Origin: Myxococcales bacterium
GTDB lineage: Bacteria; Myxococcota; Myxococcia; Myxococcales; JAJYLH01
Length of the DNA: 64,000 nucleotides
Assembly (NCBI GenBank): GCA_021787845.1
Contig: JAJYLH010000015.1
Coordinates: 6,059 to 70,058 of the forward strand
Direction of reading: 5' to 3'
The position numbers and the translations under genes are program-made. The number at the start of each line of letters is the position of its first letter. The first letter of the stretch is position 1. Below are positions 21,903 to 31,709 of this stretch, piece by piece. The notes beneath the pieces are model-generated. The model was not told the DNA's origin. It was given only the letters and a program-made list of their open reading frames with translations, and searched no databases.

Positions 21903-23330
21903 TCACCTGCGGGGCAGAGTCACGAGCCAGTGGGCGTGCGGCGGGCGCAGGCGCTGCTGCCCGAGGTCGATCCACAGGTCGTCGCCGTCGGTTGTTCGCA
22001 CGGTGCCCTCGAGGCCGGCCGCGTCCAAGGCGGCATGCAGCTCGTCCTCACCCAGCGCGTAGCGTTCGCCCAGCCGCTCGGCGAACCGCGCGTTCGGCGC
22101 CGCCGCGAAGGTCCGACCGGCGACCAACATCTGCACCTCGTTGCGGCAGGCGTTGCGGCACGCTCGCAAGAACTCGATCCGCTCGCTCTCCGGCAGCGCT
22201 TCCAGGGTGTCGAGGACCACGAGCGCTTGCAAGCTGCCTGCCCGGCGCGTCTGGACCGCGCGCAGCGCCTCGAGCCGAACGACCACCGCGGGGCCGGCCG
22301 CACCGAACTTCACGGTCGAATTCCCGCTCAGGAGCGGCACCACCGAGTCGGCCGTCACCCAGCCACTGAACGCGTCCTGCGCCCGGCTCACGACGAGCCG
22401 CGGCTGGCGCGAGAGCGCGTGGTCGAGCGATACCTCTTGCCACGCCGGAGCCGACGCGAGCGCCGGACCCAGCCGCGGAACGCGGCCGTCGAAGAGCGGC
22501 GCCAGCGCTCGCCGCACGAGCCAGGGATGCTCCACCACCCACCGCTCGGCGCGCGCCCGCAGCGGTCGCTCGATTCCAAACCGGACCGTCCGAGCCGCCG
22601 CCCTCGCTTCCAGGCGCGCCGCAGGAGGGCGCTTCTGCTGAGCGGCTTCGGCCCAGGAAAGGTAGTCCGGGGTCCCAAACGCCGATGCGGCGGCGAAGTG
22701 CAGGAGCCCGGGCCGAGCGACCAGCTCGCGCATCGAACGGGGGGCGTAGCCGCGTGCGGACAGGTGGTGGATGACGAGGCGGTTCAAGTCCGCGGGCCCG
22801 AGGGCGCCGTTCGGCTCGCCGGTGAGGTGGAAGCTGAACGGCCCTTGATCCCAGCGACCGCCATAGCCGTCGAAGAGGCCGCGCAAGAGCGGGCGGTGCT
22901 CGCGATTCACGACGAACAGGCCGGTGTTGACGACAACGGCCGGCCACGCGCTCTCGGGCAGGAATCCGAACCACCATCGCCGGCCGAGCTCCGCCTGCGC
23001 GGGGATGGCGTAAGTGTCGTCGTCGACCGCGAGCCAGCCGTCACCAGCGAGCGCGAACGGATCCGGCGGCTCGCCCAAAACGAACACGTCGGCATCGAGC
23101 CAACAGAGCCGGTCGAACCGCGCAAGCTCCGGCTCCTCGAGGACCTTGACCTTTTCCCAGCTCGCATGGGCGTGATCGACAGCGCTGGCCGTCTCGAGCG
23201 GCCGCTCGAACACCAGGAGCGGGCAGCCCAACTGGCGCGCGAACCGCTCGTGGCCCGAGCGGATGTGCTCTTCGTAGAAGCGGCGATAGCTCTCGCCGAG
23301 AACGACCGTCACCAGCGCCCGTCGCTCCAT
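21903..23330 (-). CDS. GT-A glycosyltransferase (GT8/GT34-like) fused to a degenerate methyltransferase-like domain
   Basis: SWEKV, WLDADV (DxD), NTGLFV, DQG and LHFA. C-terminal LDTLEALP...EFLRAC resembles class I SAM-MTase post-II motifs. Confidence 0.6.
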   Translation of the reverse strand: MERRALVTVVLGESYRRFYEEHIRSGHERFARQLGCPLLVFERPLETASAVDHAHASWEKVKVLEEPELARFDRLCWLDADVFVLGEPPDPFALAGDGWLAVDDDTYAIPAQAELGRRWWFGFLPESAWPAVVVNTGLFVVNREHRPLLRGLFDGYGGRWDQGPFSFHLTGEPNGALGPADLNRLVIHHLSARGYAPRSMRELVARPGLLHFAAASAFGTPDYLSWAEAAQQKRPPAARLEARAAARTVRFGIERPLRARAERWVVEHPWLVRRALAPLFDGRVPRLGPALASAPAWQEVSLDHALSRQPRLVVSRAQDAFSGWVTADSVVPLLSGNSTVKFGAAGPAVVVRLEALRAVQTRRAGSLQALVVLDTLEALPESERIEFLRACRNACRNEVQMLVAGRTFAAAPNARFAERLGERYALGEDELHAALDAAGLEGTVRTTDGDDLWIDLGQQRLRPPHAHWLVTLPRR

Positions 23331-23762
23331 CGGCCGCCCTTCCGTTCCTGCCTACGCTCCCGAGGGACTCGCGGAGGAAAAGGAGACTTCCATCCAGGAT
23401 GACCGTAAGGCACTGGTCGCGCCGGCAGTCAAGTGGGGCGCCGAGACGGAGCACGCTCATCGCCGGGAAGCTGCTTGCCGGGTCGATAGCACTCCGCTCG
23501 CCGATCCGGCGCGTCGCTCCCTTTCGGTCACGGCACGGATCCCGCTGCCCAGCTCGACCACCGGTCCCTACCGCGACCTCGAGACAGCGCTATCGATGGC
23601 ACCTCGGGGCTCGGGTCTTCCTCTGCCTGTGCCCTACCCGGACACTCGCGGGTCCGGCTTCCGCGTTCGTGTCGGCGGGTGACCGGAAAGACGGGGCGAC
23701 CTCGGCCGCCCGTCGGCAGCTTGACGCGGCGGCGCTTCGCCGCTTAAGCACCCGAGCTTCCG

Positions 23763-24971
23763 ATGCGCCTTTTCTTCCCTGCGACCGACCACCGACAGCG
23801 CTTCCCCGAAGCGACGGACGCCGAGTTTGGCGACTGGCGCTGGCAGCAACGGCACGTGCTCGACGACGAGGAGAAGCTGTCGCGCCGGTTCTCGCTCGCG
23901 CCGGAGGAGCGGCTGGGCATCGCGGCGACGCGAGGCATCTTCCGCTTCGGCATCACGCCCTACTACGCCGCTCTCATGGACCAGGAGCACTTCTGGTGCC
24001 CGGTTCGACGGCAGGCGATACCGCTCCCGCAGGAGGCGACCGCTCGCGCTGAGGAGCTCGTTGATCCGTTGGGTGAGGACCGGCATCGCCCTGTCCCGGC
24101 CATCGTCCACCGCTATCCCGACCGGGTGCTGCTCCTCGCCCTGGACCGCTGCGCCGTCTACTGCCGCCACTGCACCCGCCGCCGGCTGACTGGCCACGGC
24201 GCCGCCGATTTCGATCGCGAGGCGCTGGACGAGGCGGTCGCGTACGTGCGCGCGCACCCGCGGGTCCGCGACGTCCTCGTGTCGGGAGGGGATCCGCTTC
24301 TGCTCTCCACCGAGCGGCTGGCGCGGCTCGTCGGCGACCTGCGTTCGATTCCCCACGTCGAGCTGATTCGCGTCGGCACCCGCGTTCCGGTGTGCAATCC
24401 GTTTCGCGTCGACGACGAGCTCGCGCGCGCGCTGCGCCGGGCGGAGGCGTTCGTCGTCACCCATTTCAACCATCCGAAAGAGCTGACCGCGGAGGCGAAG
24501 GAAGCCTGCGAGCGGCTCGTCGATTCCGGCGTCCCGGTGGAGAACCAGACCGTGCTCCTCCGGCGCCTCAACTCGTCAGCGCGGATCATCGCCGACCTGA
24601 ACCACCGGCTCCTACGCCTGCGTGTGCGACCGTACTACTTGCACCAGGGCGACCTCGCGCAGGGGCTCGACCATCTGCGCACGCCGCTCTCCAAGGGCGT
24701 GGAAATCCTGAAAGCGCTCCGGGGGCACACCAGCGGCCTCGCGGTCCCGCACCTCGCGGTCGACCTGCCGGGTGGCGGCGGCAAAGTCACTCTGCAGCCC
24801 TCCTATCTGGTGTCACAGTCCGATGTGGGCGCGCGGTTTCGCAACTACCTCGGCGAGACCTACGACTACCCCGAGCCGCTCGACCGCGATTGCAGTGTGC
24901 CTTACGAGAGCGTGTTCTATGGCGAAGAAGGACGGGAGCCGGAGCGTCCTTCTCTCGCTTGCGGGCCATGA
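23763..24971 (+). CDS. KamA-family radical SAM/PLP amino-acid 2,3-aminomutase
   Basis: HRYPDRVL, CAVYCRHC (CxxxCxxC), SGGDPL, HFNHPKE and DLPGGGGKV (PLP Lys). Substrate cannot be assigned. Confidence 0.93.
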   Translation: MRLFFPATDHRQRFPEATDAEFGDWRWQQRHVLDDEEKLSRRFSLAPEERLGIAATRGIFRFGITPYYAALMDQEHFWCPVRRQAIPLPQEATARAEELVDPLGEDRHRPVPAIVHRYPDRVLLLALDRCAVYCRHCTRRRLTGHGAADFDREALDEAVAYVRAHPRVRDVLVSGGDPLLLSTERLARLVGDLRSIPHVELIRVGTRVPVCNPFRVDDELARALRRAEAFVVTHFNHPKELTAEAKEACERLVDSGVPVENQTVLLRRLNSSARIIADLNHRLLRLRVRPYYLHQGDLAQGLDHLRTPLSKGVEILKALRGHTSGLAVPHLAVDLPGGGGKVTLQPSYLVSQSDVGARFRNYLGETYDYPEPLDRDCSVPYESVFYGEEGREPERPSLACGP

Positions 24972-25030
24972 TCCGACCTTGATTCAAAGGACGGAAACGG
25001 CAAGTCGTGGCGCACGCGCGCCAGTCGATC

Positions 25031-25423
25031 TCAGTATTCGAGCGCGGCAACCGGTAGCGCTGTCAGCCAAATCGCGACACCCAGGGCAACCACGAAGATC
25101 GCAAGCGCGAACCAGCGTAACGGACGACGGATCGCTGGCGCGAGCACCACCGCGAACGCCACCAGCCACGCATTGCAGGCGGTCGTGAAGTGGAGAGGTG
25201 AAAGACGAGGGTGAGCATGGCCTAGGCCCCAAACCAACTTGGATGGGTACTGGCGAGTCACTCCCTGCTAGAAAACACTTATCCGGTCCCAGCGGAAGGA
25301 GAAGGCCATACCCGCACCAAGGATGGCGATCGATGCAAGTCCGACCGAAAGGCGCGCGATGGACACGACCTTACGAAGTCCTGCAAAGATCTTTGACGTC
25401 CTTATCGAACCAGACGCGCCCAT
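25031..25423 (-). pseudogene. Small membrane-protein ORF interrupted by one in-frame TAG
   Basis: ATG 25423 to TAG 25270-25268, then the same frame continues (QGVTRQYPSK...VAALEY stop 25031). Hydrophobic segments lie on both sides of the stop. GC is lower than in the flanks. Confidence 0.4.
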
Positions 25424-25431
25424 CGGCACCG

Positions 25432-26424
25432 CTACCTTGGGGGGTAAGTCCTCCAGCCGGACCGGACCGCATCGGCATAGCGGACGGCGTGCTGGATGAT
25501 CATCCCCGCGACGTCGAGCCCGGTCGCCGTTTCCAGCCCCTCGAACCCGGGCGAGCTGTTGAGCTCCATCACCTTGGGCCCGTGGCGGCCTTCGAGGAGG
25601 TCGACGCCCGCCACTTCCAGCCCCACCACCCGCGCCGCGCGCACCGCGCAATCGGCGTACTCCCTCGGCAGGTCGATGGGCACTCCCGCGCCGCCGCGAT
25701 GGATGTTCGACCGGAACTCGCCCTTGCGCGCCGTCCGCCGCATCGCGCCCACCGCCCGGTCGCCGATGACCAGCACCCGCACGTCGCGACCACGCGACTC
25801 CGCCACGAACTCCTGGAGCACGATCTCCTGGCCCAGCTCCCACATCGTGTCGAGCAGCGTCGACAGCTCCGCCATCGAGTGGGCAATCATCACGCCGATC
25901 CCCTGGGTCCCCCTCGTCAGCTTGACGATGGCCGGCAGCCCTCCTACCCGGCGGATGGCCTCCTCCAGGTCGTCCTTGTTCCTGGCCATCACCGTCCGCG
26001 GCACGTCGATGTCGTAGCGCGCGAGAAGCTGCAGGCAACGCAGCTTGTCCCGGCTCGTGGCGATGGCGGAAGCGCTGTTGAGCACCGGTACCCGCATCAG
26101 CTCGAGCTGGCTCACCACCGCGAGGCCGTAGCTCGTCACCGACGCGCCGATGCGAGGGAGGACCACGTCGGCCTCGGTGAGCGCCTCGCCGCCGACCAGG
26201 AGCGCCGGCTGGCCCCGCTCCACGACGACGGAACAGGAGAGCGTGTCGACGACCCGAATCGAATGGCCCTGCTGCGCCGCCGCCTGGGCGAAGCGGCTGG
26301 TCGAGTAGAGCTTGGGGTTACGCGAGAGGACCACGATGCGCCGGCCGCGATAGACGCCGCGCTCGACCGCGAGCGGCGTCGGCGGTCGGCGGAGCGGACG
26401 GCGTTTCTTACGGGGCTTGGCCAT
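25432..26424 (-). CDS. rimK: RimK-family alpha-L-glutamate ligase (ATP-grasp)
   Basis: LSRNPKLYST, PRIGASVT, SRDKLR, GTQGIGV, EFRSNIHRGG and ELNSSPGFEGLE. Confidence 0.9.
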   Translation of the reverse strand: MAKPRKKRRPLRRPPTPLAVERGVYRGRRIVVLSRNPKLYSTSRFAQAAAQQGHSIRVVDTLSCSVVVERGQPALLVGGEALTEADVVLPRIGASVTSYGLAVVSQLELMRVPVLNSASAIATSRDKLRCLQLLARYDIDVPRTVMARNKDDLEEAIRRVGGLPAIVKLTRGTQGIGVMIAHSMAELSTLLDTMWELGQEIVLQEFVAESRGRDVRVLVIGDRAVGAMRRTARKGEFRSNIHRGGAGVPIDLPREYADCAVRAARVVGLEVAGVDLLEGRHGPKVMELNSSPGFEGLETATGLDVAGMIIQHAVRYADAVRSGWRTYPPR

Positions 26425-26475
26425 CTCTAAGGGGCGGGAGCAGAGCGCGAAAGCGCGGGAAGGCGCAAGGTGATT

Positions 26476-28119
26476 TCACCAGCGCCGGCGAACGTAGACG
26501 ACAATCTGCGTCGCTTGATCGATTCCGAACGACAGCGCCGGGACGCGGGTGCCGAACTCGGTCCAGATTTCGAACTCGCGGTCGCGAAACTCCCGCATGT
26601 ACTGGTAGACGGCGATGGTCGCGTCCTCCGGGCTCCAAGCGTAGCGGATGTCCTTGCGCAAGGCCCCTTCGCGCTGGTAGGCGGAAAAGCTCTCGAAGTT
26701 CACCTCGTGGAAGAAGACGAGCGCGCCGCGGGGCGCGTGCTGGTTCAGCCAGGGCAGGACGGCGGTGACGTTGTTCGACCAGAACTGCCGTTGCATCCCC
26801 AGCATCGCCCCTCCGGCAGCGCCGCCGGCCAGCTCGTTGTAGGCGCTCGTGCCGTAGGGCTGGAAGTGCGCGGTGGAGATGGCGCCGGGCACCAGGACGC
26901 AGGTCGCGAGCCCCACGGTCGCCAAGCGCCGATGTGAGGGCAGAAGCGCTCCCGCTGCATCGACCGCGAGCCGCGCCCCGAAGACGCCGAGCACCGCGAT
27001 GCCCGCCATCCAGTGCTTGATGCCGCCGAAGATGGGCGTCGAGCCGACCATGAAGGGGACGATGGCGACCAGGATCGAGAAGAAGAGCAGCCAGTCGACG
27101 CGGTCGAGCGCACCCGCGCGCGCGCGTAACGCGCGGGAGAACGAGCCAGCGCCCTGGGCGAAGAGCTTGATGGAAGCGAAGCCGAGGAGCAGGAGCGTCG
27201 CGACCGGCAGCGTCACCGCCTCGACCCCGAGCGGATAGAGGTGCGGGAACGGCGGCGCCCGAAGCTCCTTTCCGAAGTACTCCCAGGGATAGTTCACGTG
27301 GTGCAGGTGGAAGCGGATCCACGAGGCGACGCGGTCGATGGGGTGGTGCCAGAGAAAGGGCCAGAGCACGTACAACACCGCCGGGCCCGCGATGGCCATG
27401 GTGACGAACGGCTTCGGGATGCGAATGAGGAGGCCCTTGAAGCCCGCGGCCCAGAGGTCCTTGCGGTTCGTGACCAGCCAGTGCGCGAGGATCGCGGGTG
27501 GCATCAAGAGGGCGTTGTGCTTGGTCGCGAGCAAGAGGCCGAACAGCAGCCCTGCCGTCCAGGCGCCGCGGCCCGTCCGCAGCCAGTGGGCGTAGCCGAC
27601 CAGGAACAGGCACCACATCGCCGCGACCGGGATGTCGAAGCAGGCGATGTGCCCATGGAAGAAGTGACGCGGCACCGCCCAGAACAGCGCGGGGGCCAGG
27701 AGCGCCGCCGCCCTACCCCACGGCAACGCGAGCAGGAACAGGGCGAGCGACAAGAGGCCGGCGAAGAGAAACGCCGGCAGCCGGTAAGCGGTCTCGCCGT
27801 CGAGCCAGCCCAGCGTCCGCGTGAACAAGAGGTGCGAGAGTGCGAAGGATTCCTTCGCGAGCGGCGGATGCTCCTGGTTGTAGGACCAGTCGTGGACGAT
27901 GGTCCAGTCCTGGAACGGCCGCGCGACTTGCCCGTGCGCGAAGTCCCGGCCGAGCTCCCGGAACCAGCTTTCGTAATCGTGCGCGGCGGTGAAGTAGTAG
28001 CCCTCGTCACGCACGTGGCCGATGGGCTTGTTCGTCGCCCACATCAGGCCGGCGGTCGCGAGGACCAGGCCGAACGCGAGCGCGCGGTCGAGACGCGACA
28101 GCCGCGAGGGAGGGGACAC
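26476..28119 (-). CDS. GT-C (ArnT/PMT-like, GT39/83) membrane glycosyltransferase
   Basis: DEGYY, EHPPLAK, AYRLP, LLLATKHNA and multiple TM segments. Confidence 0.8.
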   Translation of the reverse strand: MSPPSRLSRLDRALAFGLVLATAGLMWATNKPIGHVRDEGYYFTAAHDYESWFRELGRDFAHGQVARPFQDWTIVHDWSYNQEHPPLAKESFALSHLLFTRTLGWLDGETAYRLPAFLFAGLLSLALFLLALPWGRAAALLAPALFWAVPRHFFHGHIACFDIPVAAMWCLFLVGYAHWLRTGRGAWTAGLLFGLLLATKHNALLMPPAILAHWLVTNRKDLWAAGFKGLLIRIPKPFVTMAIAGPAVLYVLWPFLWHHPIDRVASWIRFHLHHVNYPWEYFGKELRAPPFPHLYPLGVEAVTLPVATLLLLGFASIKLFAQGAGSFSRALRARAGALDRVDWLLFFSILVAIVPFMVGSTPIFGGIKHWMAGIAVLGVFGARLAVDAAGALLPSHRRLATVGLATCVLVPGAISTAHFQPYGTSAYNELAGGAAGGAMLGMQRQFWSNNVTAVLPWLNQHAPRGALVFFHEVNFESFSAYQREGALRKDIRYAWSPEDATIAVYQYMREFRDREFEIWTEFGTRVPALSFGIDQATQIVVYVRRRW

Positions 28120-28175
28120 TACGCGGCCTCCGATGAGTGCCGAGGCCGCCCGTTACCCGCCGGGTTGCGCCCGGC

Positions 28176-28205
28176 GTCCGATCGGACCGATCGGTCCGAT
28201 CGGTC
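28176..28205. repeat. GATC 9-bp-period array 2
   Basis: GATC at 28180, 28189 and 28198. Confidence 0.9.
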
Positions 28206-28246
28206 ATGGATGATGCCCCAGGCCCGCAGCCTTTCGTGGACGGTTC

Positions 28247-30802
28247 TCACTCCCACGAAACCGCCTCCACGATGTCCAGCCGGGACGCCCGCCTGGCCGG
28301 CCAGACCCCGCCGAGCGCCGCGAACGCGATCGACGCGGCGGCCGTGGCGAGCGCGATGGCGACGGGGAACACGGTGGGGAACGTCCAGCCCGTCGTCTGC
28401 ACGCCGATGACCTGCACGAACACCCTGCCCATCAGGAGCCCTGCCGGAATGCCCAGCGCCACGCCCGAGACGCCGAGCAGCGCCGCTTCCAACACCACCG
28501 CGCCCACCACCTGCCCCCGCGAGGCGCCCGTCGCACGCAGAATGCCGATTTCCCGCGTCCGCTCCAAGACCTGCGCGAGGAGCGTCCCGACGACGCCCAG
28601 GACGCCGACGCCGACCGCGATGAACAAGAGCGCGTAGAGCAGCGAGAAGAAGTCGTCGACGAGCTTCATGATGATGCCCCGCAGCTCGGCGTTGGTGGCG
28701 ACGCGCAGGTCATAGCGGTCGCCGAGCGCCCGCTCGATTTCGTCGCGCACCCCGGAAGCGCTCGCGCCCTTCGCGAGGTAGACGTCGACCGCGTCGACGA
28801 GGTGGTCGCCGAAGAGGCGGGTGAAGACCGGCCGGTCGAAGATGATCGCGCCCTGGTCGTTCGAATAATCCACCACCGCTCCGGCGACCCGGAACCGCTT
28901 CCGCCCCTCGGGCGTGACGATGCCGATCCGGTCGCCCACCTTGAGCCGGACGTTGCGCGCGAAGTTGTCGCTCACCAGAACCTCCCCCGCCTGGAGGGCG
29001 CGGGTGAAGGTCGAAAGCTTCCCCATCGTCGCCAGCGGGTGCGCGCGCTGGACGTACGGCGCCCATTCGAGCGCGTAGACCGCCACCCGCCGGCCGCGCA
29101 CGTCGCTCCAGATCATCCGCACCCGCTGCACCTCGCCGACGCCGGGGAGCTTGGCGATGTCGTCCGCGACCTCGGGCTGCATCGGCGTGTTCGCGAGGCC
29201 GATGTTCTGCGAGCCGCTGGAGACGAAGACGTCCGCCGGAATCGCGTTGTCGATCCACCGGCGCATCGCGCTCTCGAACGAGCCGACGAAGGTCGCGAGC
29301 GTCAAGACCAGGGCCACGCCGAAGAGCACCGCCCCTGCCGCTACCCCGCTGCGCCGCCGCTCCCGAACGAGCCCGGCGAGGGCGATTCTGCCCGGCGCTC
29401 CGAAGAGCCGCGCCACCGGCCGCTTCATCGCCCAATGCACGACCTCCACCGCGGTCCCCGCGAGCATCGCCCCGCCCAGCGCGACTACCGCGAGGGCGAG
29501 GTTTCCGAACACCGGCGCCCCGCCGACGAGCGGCAGGTGGAGGAGCGGAATGCTTCCGAGCGCCACCGCGACGCCCAGGAGCCGCGCGGGGGGCGAGAGC
29601 GGTTTCGACCCCCGCGGAGAAAGGTCGCGCCGCAACGCATCGACGGGCGCCACCCGGGCCGCTTCCCAGGCGGGCACCAGAGCCGCCAACACCGCGCCGG
29701 CGATGCCGAGGCCGATCGCCGCCAGGGCGAGGCCGAGGGAGACGTGGACGTGGCCGACGTTGACCGAGAGGTAGGCGCTGTTGATGCTCGCGAGAGCCTG
29801 CTTGACGGTCATCCGGGCGAGGAGCATCCCGAGGCCGACGCCAGCGGTGCCGCCTACCAGGCCGTAGCCGGCCGCCTCGATCGCGAAGAGGAGGACGATT
29901 TGCGCCCGGGTGACGCCGAGCGAGCGGAGGGTCCCGATTTCGCGCCGCCGCTGCGCCACCGCGAACGAGACGGTGTTGAAGACCAGGAAGAGCCCCACCA
30001 TCAGCGACACCGCCGCGCCCATCGCGAGGCCGACCTGGAACGAGCGCAGCATGTGCTCGACCGGGTGCCCGTGCGGCTTGTTCCGGCGGACCGTCGGGCC
30101 AGGACCCAGCGCGCGGCGGATCGCGTCGCGCACGCCAGCAGCGGTAAAGCCCTTCGCGACGTCGACGTCGATGCGATCGACGTGCGGGCCGCGGCCGAAG
30201 GCAGCTTCCGCCGAGTAGAGGTCCATCACCGCGACCCGGCCGCCGAACGCCTTCGCCGCGGGGCCGTCGGGCAGGATGCCGAGGACGTGGAAGTCGTGCA
30301 CGCCGCGGCTCGTGCGCATCGCGAGCCGGGCGCCGACCTTCAGCGAGCGCTCGCGGGCGAACGACTGCGACACGAGAACCGCGTCCGGATCGTTCAGGAA
30401 CTCGATGGGGTCCGGCATCTGGGCGCCAGACGCGAAGGCGTTGAAGCCGCGAGAAGCATCGCCGGCGGCGAGGTCGGCGCCGAAGACCTGGAGCCGCGTG
30501 CCGTCGGTCAGCTTGGCGATCTCGACGATGGCAGGGGAAGCGCTCTCGACCCCCGGGACCGCTCTCACCTTGTCCGCGAGGTCGTCGGGAAGCCCGCCGG
30601 GAACGCCGCCGGTGACGACGAGGTCGGCGCTCCCGGAGACGGCGCCCAGGGTGGAGCGAAAGCCCCGGAGAATCGCCTCGTTCGCCGCGCCGGTGGCGAC
30701 GGTGGCGGAGACGCCCGCCGCGATGCCGAGCACCGTCAGCGTCGCGCGCAGGCGCATCTGGAACAGGCGCCGCCAGGAGACGTATCGGAGGAGCCGGCGC
30801 AC
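28247..30802 (-). CDS. FtsX/MacB-like ABC transporter permease (duplicated architecture)
   Basis: TLTVLGIAAGV, QRRREIGTLRSLG and ERTREIGILRATGAS. C-terminal PARRASRLDIVEAV. Confidence 0.9.
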   Translation of the reverse strand: MRRLLRYVSWRRLFQMRLRATLTVLGIAAGVSATVATGAANEAILRGFRSTLGAVSGSADLVVTGGVPGGLPDDLADKVRAVPGVESASPAIVEIAKLTDGTRLQVFGADLAAGDASRGFNAFASGAQMPDPIEFLNDPDAVLVSQSFARERSLKVGARLAMRTSRGVHDFHVLGILPDGPAAKAFGGRVAVMDLYSAEAAFGRGPHVDRIDVDVAKGFTAAGVRDAIRRALGPGPTVRRNKPHGHPVEHMLRSFQVGLAMGAAVSLMVGLFLVFNTVSFAVAQRRREIGTLRSLGVTRAQIVLLFAIEAAGYGLVGGTAGVGLGMLLARMTVKQALASINSAYLSVNVGHVHVSLGLALAAIGLGIAGAVLAALVPAWEAARVAPVDALRRDLSPRGSKPLSPPARLLGVAVALGSIPLLHLPLVGGAPVFGNLALAVVALGGAMLAGTAVEVVHWAMKRPVARLFGAPGRIALAGLVRERRRSGVAAGAVLFGVALVLTLATFVGSFESAMRRWIDNAIPADVFVSSGSQNIGLANTPMQPEVADDIAKLPGVGEVQRVRMIWSDVRGRRVAVYALEWAPYVQRAHPLATMGKLSTFTRALQAGEVLVSDNFARNVRLKVGDRIGIVTPEGRKRFRVAGAVVDYSNDQGAIIFDRPVFTRLFGDHLVDAVDVYLAKGASASGVRDEIERALGDRYDLRVATNAELRGIIMKLVDDFFSLLYALLFIAVGVGVLGVVGTLLAQVLERTREIGILRATGASRGQVVGAVVLEAALLGVSGVALGIPAGLLMGRVFVQVIGVQTTGWTFPTVFPVAIALATAAASIAFAALGGVWPARRASRLDIVEAVSWE

Positions 30803-30806
30803 TTTC

Positions 30807-31511
30807 CTAGGCCGCTCCCGCCTCGGCGCGCCGGTCGGAGACGACGAGGCCGTCCTTGAGCGCGAGCACCCGGTCGGCTCGCGCGGCGGCGGTCGGATCG
30901 TGCGTCACCATCACGATGGCCGTGTCGTGCTCGCGCGCGAGCGAGCGGATGAGCGAGAAGACCTCCGCGCCGGTGTGCGAGTCGAGGTTCCCGGTCGGCT
31001 CGTCGGCGAGCAGCAGCTTGGGCCGCGTCACGAGCGCCCGCGCGAGCGCCGTCCGCTGCATCTCGCCGCCGCTCATCTCATCCGGCCGGTGCTCCATCCG
31101 CGCCGCGAGGCCGACCCGCTCGAGCAGGTCTCGCGCCCGTCTTTCCGCCTCCCCTGGGGGGACCCCCGCGAGGAGCGCCGGGAGCATCGCGTTCTCGCGC
31201 GCGCTCATCGTCGGCAGGAGGTTGAAGAACTGGAAGACGAACCCGAGCGTCGTCCGCCGCAGCTTGGTCCGCTTGTCGTCGCCGAGCCCGCCGAGAGCGG
31301 TGCCGCCGACATAGACCTCTCCCGAGGTCGGTTCGTCGAGGGCGCCGGCGAGGTGGAGGAGCGTGCTCTTCCCGGAGCCGGAAGGCCCGACCACCGCCAA
31401 AAACTCGCCGCGAGCGACCTCGAACGACACCCCCTGGAGGGCCGGCACCAGCGCCTTCCCCCGCCGAAAGGTCTTTTCCACCGCGTCGAACCGGAGCATC
31501 GCCTCGCCCAT
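30807..31511 (-). CDS. ABC transporter ATP-binding protein (LolD-like)
   Basis: GPSGSGKST, MSGGEMQR, LLADEPTGNLD and VTHD. Confidence 0.93.
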   Translation of the reverse strand: MGEAMLRFDAVEKTFRRGKALVPALQGVSFEVARGEFLAVVGPSGSGKSTLLHLAGALDEPTSGEVYVGGTALGGLGDDKRTKLRRTTLGFVFQFFNLLPTMSARENAMLPALLAGVPPGEAERRARDLLERVGLAARMEHRPDEMSGGEMQRTALARALVTRPKLLLADEPTGNLDSHTGAEVFSLIRSLAREHDTAIVMVTHDPTAAARADRVLALKDGLVVSDRRAEAGAA

Positions 31512-31575
31512 CGCGGGCGGGAGACTAGCCCAAGGCAGGCGCGAGCTGACCGGGCGAGTCGCCTTGCCCGTCAAT

Positions 31576-31637
31576 GTCCGATCGGTCGGATCGGTCCGAT
31601 CGGTCGGATCGGTCCGATCGGTCCGATCGGTCTGTTC
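31576..31637. repeat. GATC 9-bp-period array 3
   Basis: GATC at 31580, 31589, 31598, 31607, 31616 and 31625. Confidence 0.92.
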
Positions 31638-31709
31638 AGCAATGCCAGAGCCCCGCCCGGTCGAGGGCCGCACGAGACGGGGCACGCCTTTAACCATTCG
31701 GCCTCCCGC

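Noticed and set aside
25268-25270. Pyrrolysine recoding of the amber codon
   Set aside because: No pyl genes or methylamine methyltransferase context in the window. A nonsense mutation is simpler.
31576-31637. GATC arrays as CRISPR or an oriC-like GATC cluster
   Set aside because: Units are 9 bp with no unique spacers and no cas genes. They are dispersed over eight sites, and I saw no DnaA boxes or AT-rich unwinding element.
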